From Sphaerodactylus townsendi (lineage: Eukaryota): a stretch of DNA of 64,000 bases. A model generated the notes under the pieces. That model worked only from the letters and a program-made list of their open reading frames with translations. It had not been told where the DNA came from and did no database searches. The DNA is taken from assembly GCF_021028975.2 (NCBI RefSeq), contig NC_059431.1:43090001-43154000 (forward strand), in the 5' to 3' direction. A program made the position numbers and the translations under genes. Below are positions 51,939 through 64,000 of this stretch, one piece after another. Position 1 is the first letter of the stretch; every line of letters starts with the position of its first letter.

Positions 51939-54215
51939 CAAGCTTAAAGAAGCTTGAACAGTCTCCCATCAGCATTACCAACAGAGTTATATCCCTTTTG
52001 ATGTTAACATTTATGGGCATCTTCTGGATTGTGCCCAGGGTTCTCATATTGGGAATTTGTCAGATGTACTAAATTTTTTGATATATTTTAAAAACACTGA
52101 AAGAATGCATGCTTCTTTGAATATATAAACAAATAGTTCTTTCAAAAGAAAATCACGAAAGGTTACTTCTCACTCTCAGTATTGTGCCATTGTTCAAGAA
52201 CTCTTTTTTAAAGCCAGAAATTCACTAGACTAAATGCATCTAGCCAACTCATCCACTCTATTGAATTCTAGGGGACTTCGGAAAGGAAACTGATGTGAAT
52301 ACACTGCTGTCATATAGTCAAGATTCTATCCCTCTCACATTACATTTGTAGTTTGCAATGCACTGATGTTAGTTCAGGATGATTGCCTCAGTAATAAAAA
52401 TTTATTTTATAAGTCGTCAAAAAGTAGACATTTGTAACTCAAGTGCAAGAAATAACACTTGTAATTGAAGTCCTTTGGAGAGAATTTCAAGATAACTAAT
52501 AGAAAGAGTAGTTCTTCAAGAAACAATATATGTATATATCTGTTGATAATCCTTCTATCGCTGAGGATAACGATTTCTCTTGGAACTGTTTACACATGTA
52601 TTTCACAGGAAATAAGTTAAGACCTGCCTCTCTAACCAGGTGCTACCAAACTATTGGAGGTCAGTAGGGTTATAGATAGTTGACCCAAGGTTAAAGGTGC
52701 CTTCTCGGTGGAAGGCATTTTCGTTTCCAAACTGCTTTCCTTGCCTGTGGACATCTTCTATTTTAAAGTTAACTCTCATCGATTATTTGATCAAAGCAAC
52801 AAATTTAGAGCTGGTACACAACTTGAAATCAACATGCAGGGTCCCTTGAAACATCTTTTGTCTGATGACTGTTCCAGATGGCAGCTGTGACATTTAAGAT
52901 CTTGGGAAGCCACCTCAGCAATAGCATGTAAACCAAATGGATCATGAGGATGCTGCAGTTCTTAAGCACATAATTGACCCATGTAATAACAATATAACAT
53001 GACAATAAGTCACACTGAAACATTGTGGAGTGGGACCTATTCTGCAAAGATAACAAGCAAACTGGGTCTAAGGATGGCTCTGAGTGCTCCGAAGCAACAG
53101 CTGAATGTTCTAAGTTCTTATCTAAGTTCTTATGTAAAGGTCTATTACATATAGAACTACTTTTTAAAACAGATTAAGGTAGCTTAAGAGGTGTCAATTC
53201 TCAACATACATTCATTTTTTTTCTTTCCCACTATCACTTCTGCTCTGGAATGAATTGCAGCCTTTTCAAACAATTTAAAAACCTGCAAACCCTGTTTATC
53301 AGAAATGAAAGTAGGACAAGTGTGTAGTGTGTGAGAAACAATCCCTCTGCCTTCAGCTCTTATCTTCAAACCAGCTGTCTGTGTTCAGCCTCAGTCTGCT
53401 AGCACAATCAAGTGGAACTTCAGTTGCATTTTTTGCATTCCTGCTACTCTGTAGAATGTGTAAAAGCCTAGGTATAGTGAAACTTACAATGATCTTGCCA
53501 ATTTTTTTGTTCTAAAGCCTGACACAAAGTTTCTTTAGACAAAAAAGAAGAAAAATCCTCTACTTGCACACTGCACCTGTCCTACAAGTAGGATCTGTTT
53601 TTCAGCACATATGGCACAACCCTGGAAAAAGGATGACTTACGATGCAGGCTTCATTTCTTTCAAAACATGTGCACTATGTAATTTAAAATATCATACAAT
53701 TATGTATCTAAGGATAGCAACATAATTGGGTGAAATTCACTCTGTACCACTCAAAGTTCTAGCATTTGGGCAATGTGATGGGAACTTCTTGGAATTGTAA
53801 ACTGAGAATAGATTCTACTCTAATTCCTCTCCTCTTCAAAAAAGAGTGAAGAAGTTGCAGTTCCAAACCAATTAAACTGTTGTTCAGCGCTATGCAACAG
53901 ACTGATGATTTTTGCTCCTCTGAGCGGATTCAAATGTAGCCACAGGAGGACCACTTCATATCCAACAGCCCAGTGGCAGCTCTGCAGACCCAGCAAGTCA
54001 CATGTAATGGAACCTCCAATTTTTACCACACAATAGCAACCACACAATATTTTGAAGTCTGTGGTGATGTGGTAAAAAATTGTAGATTTTGCAGGGCAAG
54101 TAAACCCAAATGGCTTGCAATATAAAACAGCCAAGAATTACTGATATACTCTAGGAATTAAGAGCTTATACTGAAAAGGTTTTAGAGGAAGAATTTGGGA
54201 TTTTATATTATCTTT

Positions 54216-54345
54216 GGCTCATTCCGCACACGCAAAATAATGCACTTTCAAGCTGCTTTCACAACTGTTTTTGCCATTCCGCACAGCTTCAAAGAGCCCT
54301 GAAAGCAGCTTGAAAGTGCATTATTCTGTGTGTGCGGAATGAGCC
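54216..54345. mobile_element. Harbinger-like MITE
   Basis: 46-bp TIRs starting ggctcattccgcacac with 2 mismatches; TTT on both flanks. Confidence 0.85.
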
Positions 54346-55189
54346 TTTTACATTTGTGATTTGAACTTTGTTGCTCCAACTTGTCTGAAACCTGAAAAAA
54401 TGAGAAGATGGCGTGATAAGTAGTCAGAGCATACATTGTGCTACATACATTTGAGAGGTGACAGCAAGGTGAATTTATATAAAAATGGATGCAACAGTTC
54501 CATTTCCAACTTAGGCATCAGGTCAACCAGAAGCCACCAGACCTGGCAGGATGCTTATGAGGGCTAGAGAACCACATAAACGGTCATCTGCCCACATCCT
54601 TTTCTTTCTCTAGGCTGAGTAGGGGACATGTAGACTTTCATAATGGACTCATAAAAGTTATTTTTAATTAACATTTTTGTACGATTGTATTATGTTACTG
54701 TATAATTCCATTCCTTTGCCACTTTAATTCACTTTAGTGGGAATTGCACAGAAAGTACACCAGACTGGTCCATGGTTTTAAAAGTGTTGTATTTCACATA
54801 CAGCTATGCAGATTTTGTATAGCTATATAGATTTCTTTTCACATTCACATACAGATGCAATGTTAAGAATGATGAAGATGTAAATGTCACTGCTTGATCA
54901 GATCACTAGTAGAGGAGTGTTGGAAAAGGAATGATGCCATATTATAGTATCAACTTGAGTCATCCATTTTGCTTCATTTTAAACATGATTTTGATTTCTA
55001 AGTCCTTTCTGCATCTGTATTTCATGTTCTTTGTATCAGGAAAAAAAATTGTCATTGAGTGCACCGAATCACGCCAATGGTCATGTTAAAAAATAAATTT
55101 GTGAGATATCTTTTTTCCACGATGTAATATTCCACGTCTTGTATGATATTATAAGTATAACAGGGACAATGGTCCTTTCTGCAAACAAT

Positions 55190-56068
55190 GGTCCTTTCTG
55201 CACAGCACAAATAAAACATCTTGCAGATGTTTTTTTAAAAAAAACTGTTCAGGGTTTTTTATCCACACAGTGTGGACAAAAAAAGTGTTGCCAGGGAAAG
55301 TGGTTCTTTTTCTCACCCCTCCCCACCCACTAGCACAGCACTTCCCTTTTCGCTGCAGATCGTACCCGCCATTTTTCTTCCGCTTGTGATTCTGTCATGC
55401 TGCCTGCCATTTGGTGAAGGTTTCCCTCAGAGGTTTCCTCGGCATGCAGCTTGTCTGCCTGCCATTTCCATGTAAACAGTACATGAATAAAGTTTGTTTT
55501 GACTGCCAATTTGGGGCACATGTCGTCTTCCCTTTTTTGTTGTTTTTGAGGTGTTTTTGAAGCTACCATGACTCGAAATATGCACACATAATGCAGATTC
55601 TCATATCATGTCATTGTAGCTTTAAAGATATCCCCATCAAAAAAAGAGGAAAAACAACATGTGTGCTTCATTAAACTTCATTAATGTACTTTTTACATGT
55701 AAATAGTGGGCAGGAGCTGCAAGCAGAGGAAACTTTTCAGAGAAACCTTCACTAAATGGCAGGCGGCATGACATAATCACAAGCAGAAGAAAATGGCGGG
55801 CGTGAGCTGCAGCAAAAAATGAAAGAAAAAGCCTTAAAACTGGGTGGGAAAGATGAGACATTTCCTGTTCTCCACGCAGCAAATAGGTCTTGACCCCATC
55901 TTGGGGGGGAAAGATCACGAGTGTAGTGTTTTCTAAAAACCTGGGTTGAGCTGAAATAAAATGTCCTGAGGATATTTGGGGGGGGGGGGGGAGCAGTGCA
56001 CAGTTCCTCCCAAAAATGCTACTTTTAATATCCTCAAGATATTTTATTTGTGCTGTGCAGGAAAGCCC
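55190..56068. mobile_element. Long fold-back Harbinger-like element (~880 bp)
   Basis: TIRs ggtcctttctgcacagcacaaataaaacatcttg / caagatattttatttgtgctgtgcaggaaagccc; inner arms ~55345-55495 and ~55673-55815 are also inverted. Confidence 0.8.
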
Positions 56069-56870
56069 AGTGAAAACATTCAAATCACCATTATTTAAAC
56101 ATTATGGTGAGCAGTCCACAGGGGCAACACCCACCGCTATGTTATGGCTATGTTATATATCATTTCAGCAGTTTTGGGTGCACATTTGTCCCTTATGGCG
56201 CTTTAAAACACAATATATGACTACTACCACACTTTTTTTTTCAAAAATAGGTATTTCTAAAGTACAATCCTAAAAGTTTTCACTAAGTTTGTGTTCTGTC
56301 ACAAGCAAATACATTGTTCTTCTCATATTACTGTACAACTGTGAGGTTTTTCTGGGAAGACTGCAATGTGTAGCACTCTTAAGGGGGGGAAATACCCTAA
56401 ATGACAAATAACATGATAAAAGTATCCATCTGGTACTTCTAAAATAATGCTGGAACTGGCCTCCCCTCCCCCACCAGTGAAGATAAGACAGCAGAAAGCT
56501 TTTGTGTGAATCATGCAGCCTTCAGGCTGAAACACCCAGCCATGTTTAGCAGGCAACACCCACCACAACTAAGAGCTGCAGAAATCGCATGACCGCTGAT
56601 GTCATGCACAAAACACAGCACAGTTTGTCTTCACTCTGAGCAGGCTTTTCTGAGCTCTCCTCTTGCAGTGGTACGCAAAACACCAATCTGCATCTCACTC
56701 ATGCATTTGGCAGTCGTGTAAATGCTTCAGTTGCAGGGATTAGCAAGCAGATGCAGCAACTATGCTGAGAATAACAATGGGACATGGCCTGGCCTCTTCT
56801 GAAGTCCTCACTCCCACAGCACCGCTTTTGAAAACTAGTGTGCCTCCTAAATTTCAATACCAGACTCAGT

Positions 56871-57010
56871 GGCTGATTCCGTATGGGCCAAAAACTGCAG
56901 CATGAAAATGGTGCAAAAATGGTGTAAAAGGGTTTAAAACGGTGTAAAAGGGTTTATCCTGTTTTCACACCATTTTCACACTGCTGTTTTTGGCCCATGC
57001 GGAATCAGCC
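56871..57010. mobile_element. Harbinger-like MITE
   Basis: TIRs ggctgattccgtatgggccaaaaac / gtttttggcccatgcggaatcagcc. Confidence 0.8.
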
Positions 57011-59764
57011 TAAGTCCAAATTCCTTCCTCATGTTATTTCACCTTGTCAATACTAACTGAACATACATTTCTAGAAACGCATTCCCACATTTGCATACAT
57101 ACACACTCAAAACAATACATTTGCTGCCCTTATTAATACACCCTGTGTATGGTGTGCATGCTCTACAGGCTCTCAAAACTGGAATACCCAACCACCCTGC
57201 TCACAGTGGCCACTTTCTCCTCTGATAGAAGCACAGGAATGCGCAGTTCTGTTTAGGAAACGTTAGACAGATCAGCTGGTTATCCCAAGCAGTTGCTGTG
57301 GTCACAGGGAGTGGGGGGTGGGGGTGGAGCTCATGGAGAGCTCCACGGGGGGAAGGAGGTGGGGGTGGAGCTCGTGGAAAGAGGGGGTGGAGCAGCTGCA
57401 GAGAGCAAGGCAGCCATGTGCACCATCCCTAAGATCTGGCCAAATTGAGCTAATTCAGTTGACACAGGGGAAGCCTCTCTCAGAACTGCTAAGAGGTTGT
57501 TCAATGCTTAACACAAAAGCAATGTTTTATTGACCCAGAGGAATGGAAGAAGGGGAGATAGGAAACCACCTCTGTGAAAATATTTTTGACAAATGAATCG
57601 TGATTTTTTTAGTACCTCTACTCGAGATGGTGCTAGATGCTTTTACACAATCCACCTGCTAAAATGTGCCACTAAGTACGATTTCAAATACAAAAGCATA
57701 CTGCCAGGATTCACTCTCAGTCAGGAACCTTGCAGTAGGTTTTATTTTATTTTACTTTCTTGGAAGAATGAAATAAAGAAAGTATTAGAGTTGCACAGTC
57801 TTCAAAGGCCTCTATGTTGTTTCATAGGGAGACAATTAGGCTTGGTTGATGGACTCAAAAATTACCAAGGGAATGCAGGCCGGGCCTTCTATGTCAGTAA
57901 AAGATCAGACTATCTGCTCTGTTCTGCTAGAAAAGGGCAGTGCTCTGCTTAAATTCTAGCAACTTAGCCCTACAAACCACCTTCTGTCAGTATAAAGTTC
58001 CATAAAAGTCAATTTTTGCCTCCACTGTATAAAATGTCAAGGCTTTTGCCATCATCAACAGTACAGCTTAGCAATGTTGTCACAAATTCTTCAGTTTGCA
58101 ATTACAATAATATTTTCTGGAACTAAGGCCCATTGAATAAAATTGGACTTTCTTCTGAGTAGAGCTGCTTATGATTGCTCCCTTTCTACAACTAAACTTG
58201 TGTGTGGTTCCAATAAATACAATTTAGGCTTTTTCAACAAGAGACAATTATTTTTAAGCTTCTACAACGTCCCTTCTAATATATCACTCTCTACACTATT
58301 ATCTTATTTATTTGTTAAAATATTTTTTTTCAAAACAATAGTGCTTTAATTATTTTTTTAACAAAAGCTCACAAGGTTCAATTGTACAAACTGTACATTC
58401 ATTACATGGCCTTTGTGCTTCTGTTTAAAATTAATGATTTTTTTTAAAAAGCTATACCTGTGAAAGTTCTATCCTGTAATTAAAGGCATGGGAATTCTTG
58501 ACTGGAAACCTTGTGGAAAATCCCATTCAAACAGAGGCATATTTTTAGTTCCCTTATGACAGACTTTTTTAGAGTAGCAAATGCAAGAAGAAGAGCTAGT
58601 AGAGACCAGGCTTCTAGCAGGTGAAAAAGGGTTCGCAGTTTCACAAGGCATTCTAGGCAGACAGTGCTGTGGTGGCTGTGTTTTTGAGCAACATCTCCAT
58701 ATTGAAGTTTGGCTTGCTAAAATCACAGGGGCAACATCAAAGCTCTCTCCCCGACATATGGCATTAGGCAAGTGAGAAGAGCGTGAGTGCAAAGGGTGCA
58801 TGAATTCAATTAAAAATTGCAGACACATGTTAAGCATTTTGGAAAAAGAAGAACTTGCAAGGAATCTTAGCCCAACTTGGAGCTTTTCTGGTCTCATGGG
58901 TACATTGCTAGTTTTCCAAAAGTTTGTGAAAGCATGACTTTTCGTACAAAGGGCAGATCAATTCAGTCAAGTTTTTTTAATATACATGAAAAATTCTCTC
59001 CCTTAGGAGTGTGCTACAAACAGTCCAGAATCGTTTAAATTGCGAAAGAAATTATTAAGAGCAAATGTCTCCCATCTGGATGTTAGCTCCCGCAAATGAA
59101 ACTGTCTGGGTGTCACAAGTGGCTGTGTACATTTTGGATACATAAATTTGTTTGTTTGTTTTTTTGCTTTTGTGGACACAGATATTGCCTTCAGGAACTC
59201 AGCTTGTTTGCACAAAATTGTTGCCTTTTCATTTCTGAAAGGAAATCAACATATGCCTGAGCTCTTGCATCCATACAGGAAGAGGTACTCAAATATCAAA
59301 AACAAAACAAACAAGTTGTTTGTTTGTGATGAGAACAAATCTTATTCACTCTTCCACCCCTTATACTCTCACCATTTGTACCCTTCCAAGTCAGAAGATA
59401 AAAACTCCCTTGTTTGTAATGGAACCACCATTTACTGCCATATCTGAACAAGATGCTTTAGCAAATTTCATAGTTTTGTCTACAAACCATAACTTTTAAA
59501 CCACAATTTAATCATGGTTTGTTGACAAGAAATAAACCACACTACTGGCAGTATTCCCCCTAGACTCAAAGGTGGACCATGCATCAGGGAAAGGCTTTTT
59601 ACACTAGAAAGTGACATGGATCAACTTAGTCCAACCAGTTGGTTAAAATGCCTGATCTAAACCAGGAAGTCTTCAGTATCAGCACAGTATTTGTGAGGGC
59701 AAAGGAGAGGATGTGTGCAAGAGTGAGGAGCTCTGAGGCTTATTCTTTAATTAAGCAACTCATA

Positions 59765-60105
59765 GAAGAATCAATGTGGTGTAATGGTTAGAGTGTCAAA
59801 CTAGGATCTGGGATACCGAAGGTCAAATCCATACTCAGCCATACAGTTGCCTGTCAGTATGCTGGCTACATACATGAGTCTGGAAGGCCTGGGGAAATGG
59901 GGGCATTGGAATAATGGTGATTTTTAATCATTTTTTCCCCCACTGGCCAACAGAATGGGGGCAGGCATCAAGGATTCCCATAGAGACCTGGAAACCCTAC
60001 TGAGCCATTGAAGCTCACATGGTAGCCTCAGTACAGCTACACTCTTTCCTAACTTACCTCACAGGGTTTTTGTTAGGATAAAATGAGGAAAGAATAATCA
60101 TGTTT
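59765..60105 (+). mobile_element. tRNA-derived SINE interrupted by a hAT-type insertion
   Basis: A-box tggtgtaatggtta and B-box-like ggtcaaatcc; the core cctaacttacctcacaggg resumes after 60000. Confidence 0.7.
59842..59999. mobile_element. TAGGGTTGCC-type hAT MITE nested in the SINE
   Basis: Ends tacagttgcc / ggaaacccta; TSD ctcagcca / ctgagcca (7/8). Confidence 0.7.
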
Positions 60106-62576
60106 GCAACTTCAAGTTTTTTAAAGGAAACTGAAATGTACTAGACAGATACTAAAGCTTGATTGTAGCCACTGTCTATAGCCACAATCAGAGCAAAGTT
60201 TTGCTTTCAAAGAAGAGTTTCTAGCAACATATTTCCAGCAGCATATCTAGAAGGACAGATACATCTATTGTGTGATGTGAGGTAGGTTCACTGCTTACAG
60301 TATACTGGTGTTTGTTAGCCTTAACTGTTTCTGAACCTGTCCTACATCTCTGTGCATAAAGTCTACATGATTCAAGGTTAAGCTTTTATGACAGAATTCT
60401 TGACATAGATTAGCCTTTTATTGTGGTTTTAAGACAGCCTCGTTGGAGAAATTAGCCAGTGCATCTTACCATAGAGGCTGGAACAACATAATGACAAGAA
60501 ACCCATGTTGCAGATTTGCACAATGCTGGACAGAACAGGACAGAAACATCCCTCTGATCCGCCTTTGCCCAAGCAGGGTACTAGTGGAAAGGTCAAGGCA
60601 CTTCAGGGCAGAAGGTCAAACCAGCCTGGCTTACATTCAGTAACCTTGATGGCTGCAGGAGGAGCTGATGATCAATTTATATCCATATATATTTTGCATA
60701 GAAGCCAAAGAGTCTCAGTTGTTATGCAACTGAGGCTCTTATTGTGCCCATTTGTATCTTCAGATGTTTTCAGAGATGCTACAGGTTGACTATTTTTGGC
60801 AAATCACATTACAAATTTAACCATCACACATAATGCTACTGAATGTAACAGTTCTGCGGCACCTAGAAGACTGACACATTTAGCAAGTGCGTAAATTTTC
60901 ACAGAATAGAATCTTGTATAGCCCTTCATGTATTAGAGAATATACAGGTCTGGTCTGGGTCCCCACCACAGAACAGATATAACACAGTTACATATGAGTT
61001 GTGAGTTCTCACACATATGGTACCTAAGGAGGATCACAGTAGGCGTGAGATAGTGACAATATAAGGTAGCCATTACAATGGATCCTGAAAAATGCTGATG
61101 GGGGGGGGGGGCATTTTTGAGCTGCTTTTGTCCCATTGCAATTTTTTTTAAAAAAGGGAGTCCTCTTCTCCCTCACTTACCTGCCAGCTGGCCAAGTCCA
61201 GCATTCAGTTCCACATGCCATCTCTGGGCTCCACGTGGAGTTTGTAGGAGCTGCACAGAGTTGAACCCCAGGTTTGGCTGGCTACCACCTCCAAACTTGA
61301 CGTGGGTCTTGGAAGCAGCAGGTGTCATGTGTTCAACTCTGCACTGCTTGCTGTCTTCAAGATCCACGCCAAATTCAGAGGCAGGCGGAATTTTCTGGGT
61401 TTGGTTTTAATAATCTGAAAAATTGTGAAAACCTGAAAAAGCTGGTATGAGGATCCAGCTTTTTGGGAAGGGTCTCAAATACTGGTTCTATTAAACCTGA
61501 AAAATACTGACAAAAATTGTGCACACCACTATTATAAAACAAGGCTTTTGCCTCCCCACAACCATTATCAGCCTTTAATAGTTCCAGAAGAGAACTACTG
61601 GGCCTGTTTTGGAAACCCATGGGTATCCTAGGAAACATGTGAGGTTCTCCAAATAGCTCCCTACATAATATTATTGTTAGTCTTTTAGGTGCCAAAGTAT
61701 TCTTTCTGGGGGGTGTGTGTGTCTTTTTTTCTGTAACATCATGCTAACACAGTTATCTCTCTGGATACAGTACTTATAAATGATACTAAAAGCACTTATT
61801 TAGTATTCAAATTGAATTCCCCCGCCTCCCTTTACATCTGTGCAAACAATATAGCCACATGCAGAGTTATTTCTCTTAAGTATCTGGCAAGGCATATGAC
61901 TGTTAGAAATTCTGTCTTGGTTAAAACAAAATTTAGCGCTCGTTAAAGCATTAAGAGAAATGCTGATGAAATCAAAGCAAGTCTTCTGATAAAGCCGTAA
62001 AATCACCTCCAACACACAAACTTGACTGTACGCTACCATTCGGCTCTCATGCAGTCTGTTTTTCCTGCAACCAGCAATTAGCTACGTAACCCTTCAGTGT
62101 GGTAACCGACTTCAGACAATAATCTCATGTGCTAATAGGACTCACATTCTTTAAAAAACTTTACATTCTAATTTCGTGTCATGAGCTGCCTTTTATGCCA
62201 TTTGTATGACAGAACGGCAAAACAGAAATCATCTTGATAAGTAAATAATATATAGTTCTTTTTTTTGTCTTTCTATATACCCACAGAAAGCAGTTTCTGA
62301 GCACACTAAGCTGTCCACAGCAAGATTTCCACTGTTGTTCTCTAAATATGTTTTGGTATAAAATTGTGTGGTAAACCAGAATTCTAAATATCCACTGTAC
62401 ATAATGCTCAGTTTAACTTCCTCCCTTAGGTTTTTTGACTTTCACTTCATTTTTATGTCAGATACATCTCATTAAATTTCACACACCTCATGAGGTGGAA
62501 ATATACATTGGTGCGGTATTTCCTATAAATGCAATTTGGTTTTAAAGGGGGAGATGTCAAAATGTGTCCCTCACAG

Positions 62577-62582
<6 letters not shown>

Positions 62583-62640
<58 letters not shown>
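62583..62640. repeat. (CTTT)n microsatellite
   Basis: Seen directly in the sequence; ~85 nt downstream of the alpha2 donor. Confidence 0.95.
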
Positions 62641-62641
<1 letters not shown>

Positions 62642-62724
62642 TTGTAAGAAACCAAGACTGAAAGGGTTAGAGTGTGTTACTGCAGCGGTTATCAGCAGAC
62701 AGCCATCTAACCTTTGGTACTTAC

Positions 62725-62862
62725 AGGTATTTTATGGCTCNNNNNNNNNNNNNNNNNNNNNNNNNNNNNNNNNNNNNNNNNNNNNNNNNNNNNNNNNNNN
62801 NNNNNNNNNNNNNNNNNNNNNNNNNNNNNNNNNNNNNNNNNNNNNNNNNNNNNNNNNNNNNN
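62725..62862 (-). CDS. MEF2C: MEF2C mutually exclusive alpha2 exon; only the last 16 nt (62725-62740) are visible, the rest is in an N-gap
   Basis: Minus strand reads g agc cat aaa ata cct|gtaagtac = SHKIP plus donor, the known C-terminus of MEF2C alpha2. The 5' boundary (62862) is inferred from the 138-nt mammalian exon length, not seen. Confidence 0.85.
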
Positions 62863-62896
62863 NNNNNNNNNNNNNNNNNNNNNNNNNNNNNNNNNN
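62741..62896. other. N-gap (156 nt) over the alpha2 exon
   Basis: Run of N. Confidence 1.
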
Positions 62897-62923
62897 AAAT
62901 GAAAGGGAACTTGGAGTACTTAC

Positions 62924-63067
62924 ACATAATCTTTGCCTGCTGATCATTAGATCAATATCTTCATTAATTTTCCTGTACTTGTCCTCAGACTCAGGGCTGT
63001 GACCTACTGAATCGTCTGCATCCGGGTCTGGACTGTCACAGCCATTAAGTCCTTTCTTTCTTAATGT
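62924..63067 (-). CDS. MEF2C: MEF2C alpha1 exon (144 nt, phase 0/0)
   Basis: Translates [48 protein letters not shown], matching the MEF2C alpha1 peptide. Acceptor tttcag at 63068, donor gtaagt at 62923. Confidence 0.98.
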
Positions 63068-64000
63068 CTGAAATACATAATTTGGAAAGTTCAAGCCTTG
63101 ACACAGGCTGCAAGAGAGAGCCAGGGCCACTGCTGTCATGCAGGCTGCCTGGTGGTTTAAAGTTGTTACATTTTACATTAGGGAGAAAAAGAGAAGAGAG
63201 AAGCATTAAGTCAACAAACTGCAGCTCCTGTTACCAGTGGCAAAGAGAGAGCCACCGTGACCTTTCCTGAGGCTGAAGTCAGTCAATAAAAGGAGAGAGT
63301 ATACAATCTAATTAAAAAAAATTCTCTGCTACCATCTATGCTTTCCCCTGCAACAGAAGCTTCAGTTGGTTATACATTTCAGCAATTGCATCCTTGCAAA
63401 CATTTAGTGAAGGGTAATGCGTTCCATCAAAAAGGGGCTGCCAGTAACTTTCTGTGTGGCAGAATGGGGATGTTTTCGCAACACAGTTAGACACACATAT
63501 TGTGCAGTATTGTACTCTCATTATGCTACGATTATCATTCCCTTTCCGGATATTTATTGGTTCACACAAGAAAATCTGTAAGGTGAATGACTACTGCAGT
63601 GCAACAGTAGCATAATAACCATAGATGGAGGGATTCACCCAGCAGGACTTAGATGAGGATGTTAAGGGGCAAAGATTCATAATTAGAGTTGAGTTGCGGC
63701 TTTGGGGGAAAAGCTCGGAAGGCTTTCCTTCTGTGCTATTTTCCCTGATATAAATTTCTCTTTTCCTGCACTAAAGCTAATATTTGCCTCATGTTTCCCA
63801 TGCAGGTTAATACCTACTTAAAATTGACTTGATGGGAGAAATGGAGGCTGAAGGGAGAAATAGAGAAATGATGGGATAAATGAAAAGGGTAAACAATCCT
63901 GTGACTTCAACAAGACTTGTTCCCCTACAACTACTTTGAATGAAAAAGACTGCATTTATTTTTGTCCTAAATCATAATACTTATGTCCGTGGTGGCGAAC

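Overview
Vertebrate genomic DNA. The repeat content suggests a squamate reptile, probably a gecko (inference). The window holds the 3' two-thirds of MEF2C on the minus strand. In transcript order these are the alpha1 exon, the mutually exclusive alpha2 exon (mostly hidden in an N-gap), three constitutive exons, the 24-nt beta micro-exon, two more exons, the last coding exon (5' part in a gap) and a ~4-4.6 kb 3' UTR. All visible splice sites are GT-AG, and the exon phases join into one reading frame. The MADS/MEF2-domain exons lie beyond the right edge. Introns and the downstream flank carry hAT and PIF/Harbinger-type MITEs (several with target-site duplications, TSDs), CR1 3' ends, tRNA- and 5S-derived SINEs, a decayed Gypsy pol interrupted by a hAT insertion, a solo LTR, a LINE endonuclease fragment and a Penelope-like fold-back with decayed hammerhead cores. 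I found no convincing new biological system. The most useful leads are the gap-hidden alpha2 exon and its splicing architecture, the fact that all three N-gaps sit on MEF2C exonic sequence, the Penelope hammerhead relic, and a candidate MEF2-site enhancer. Most ORFs in the supplied track are spurious.
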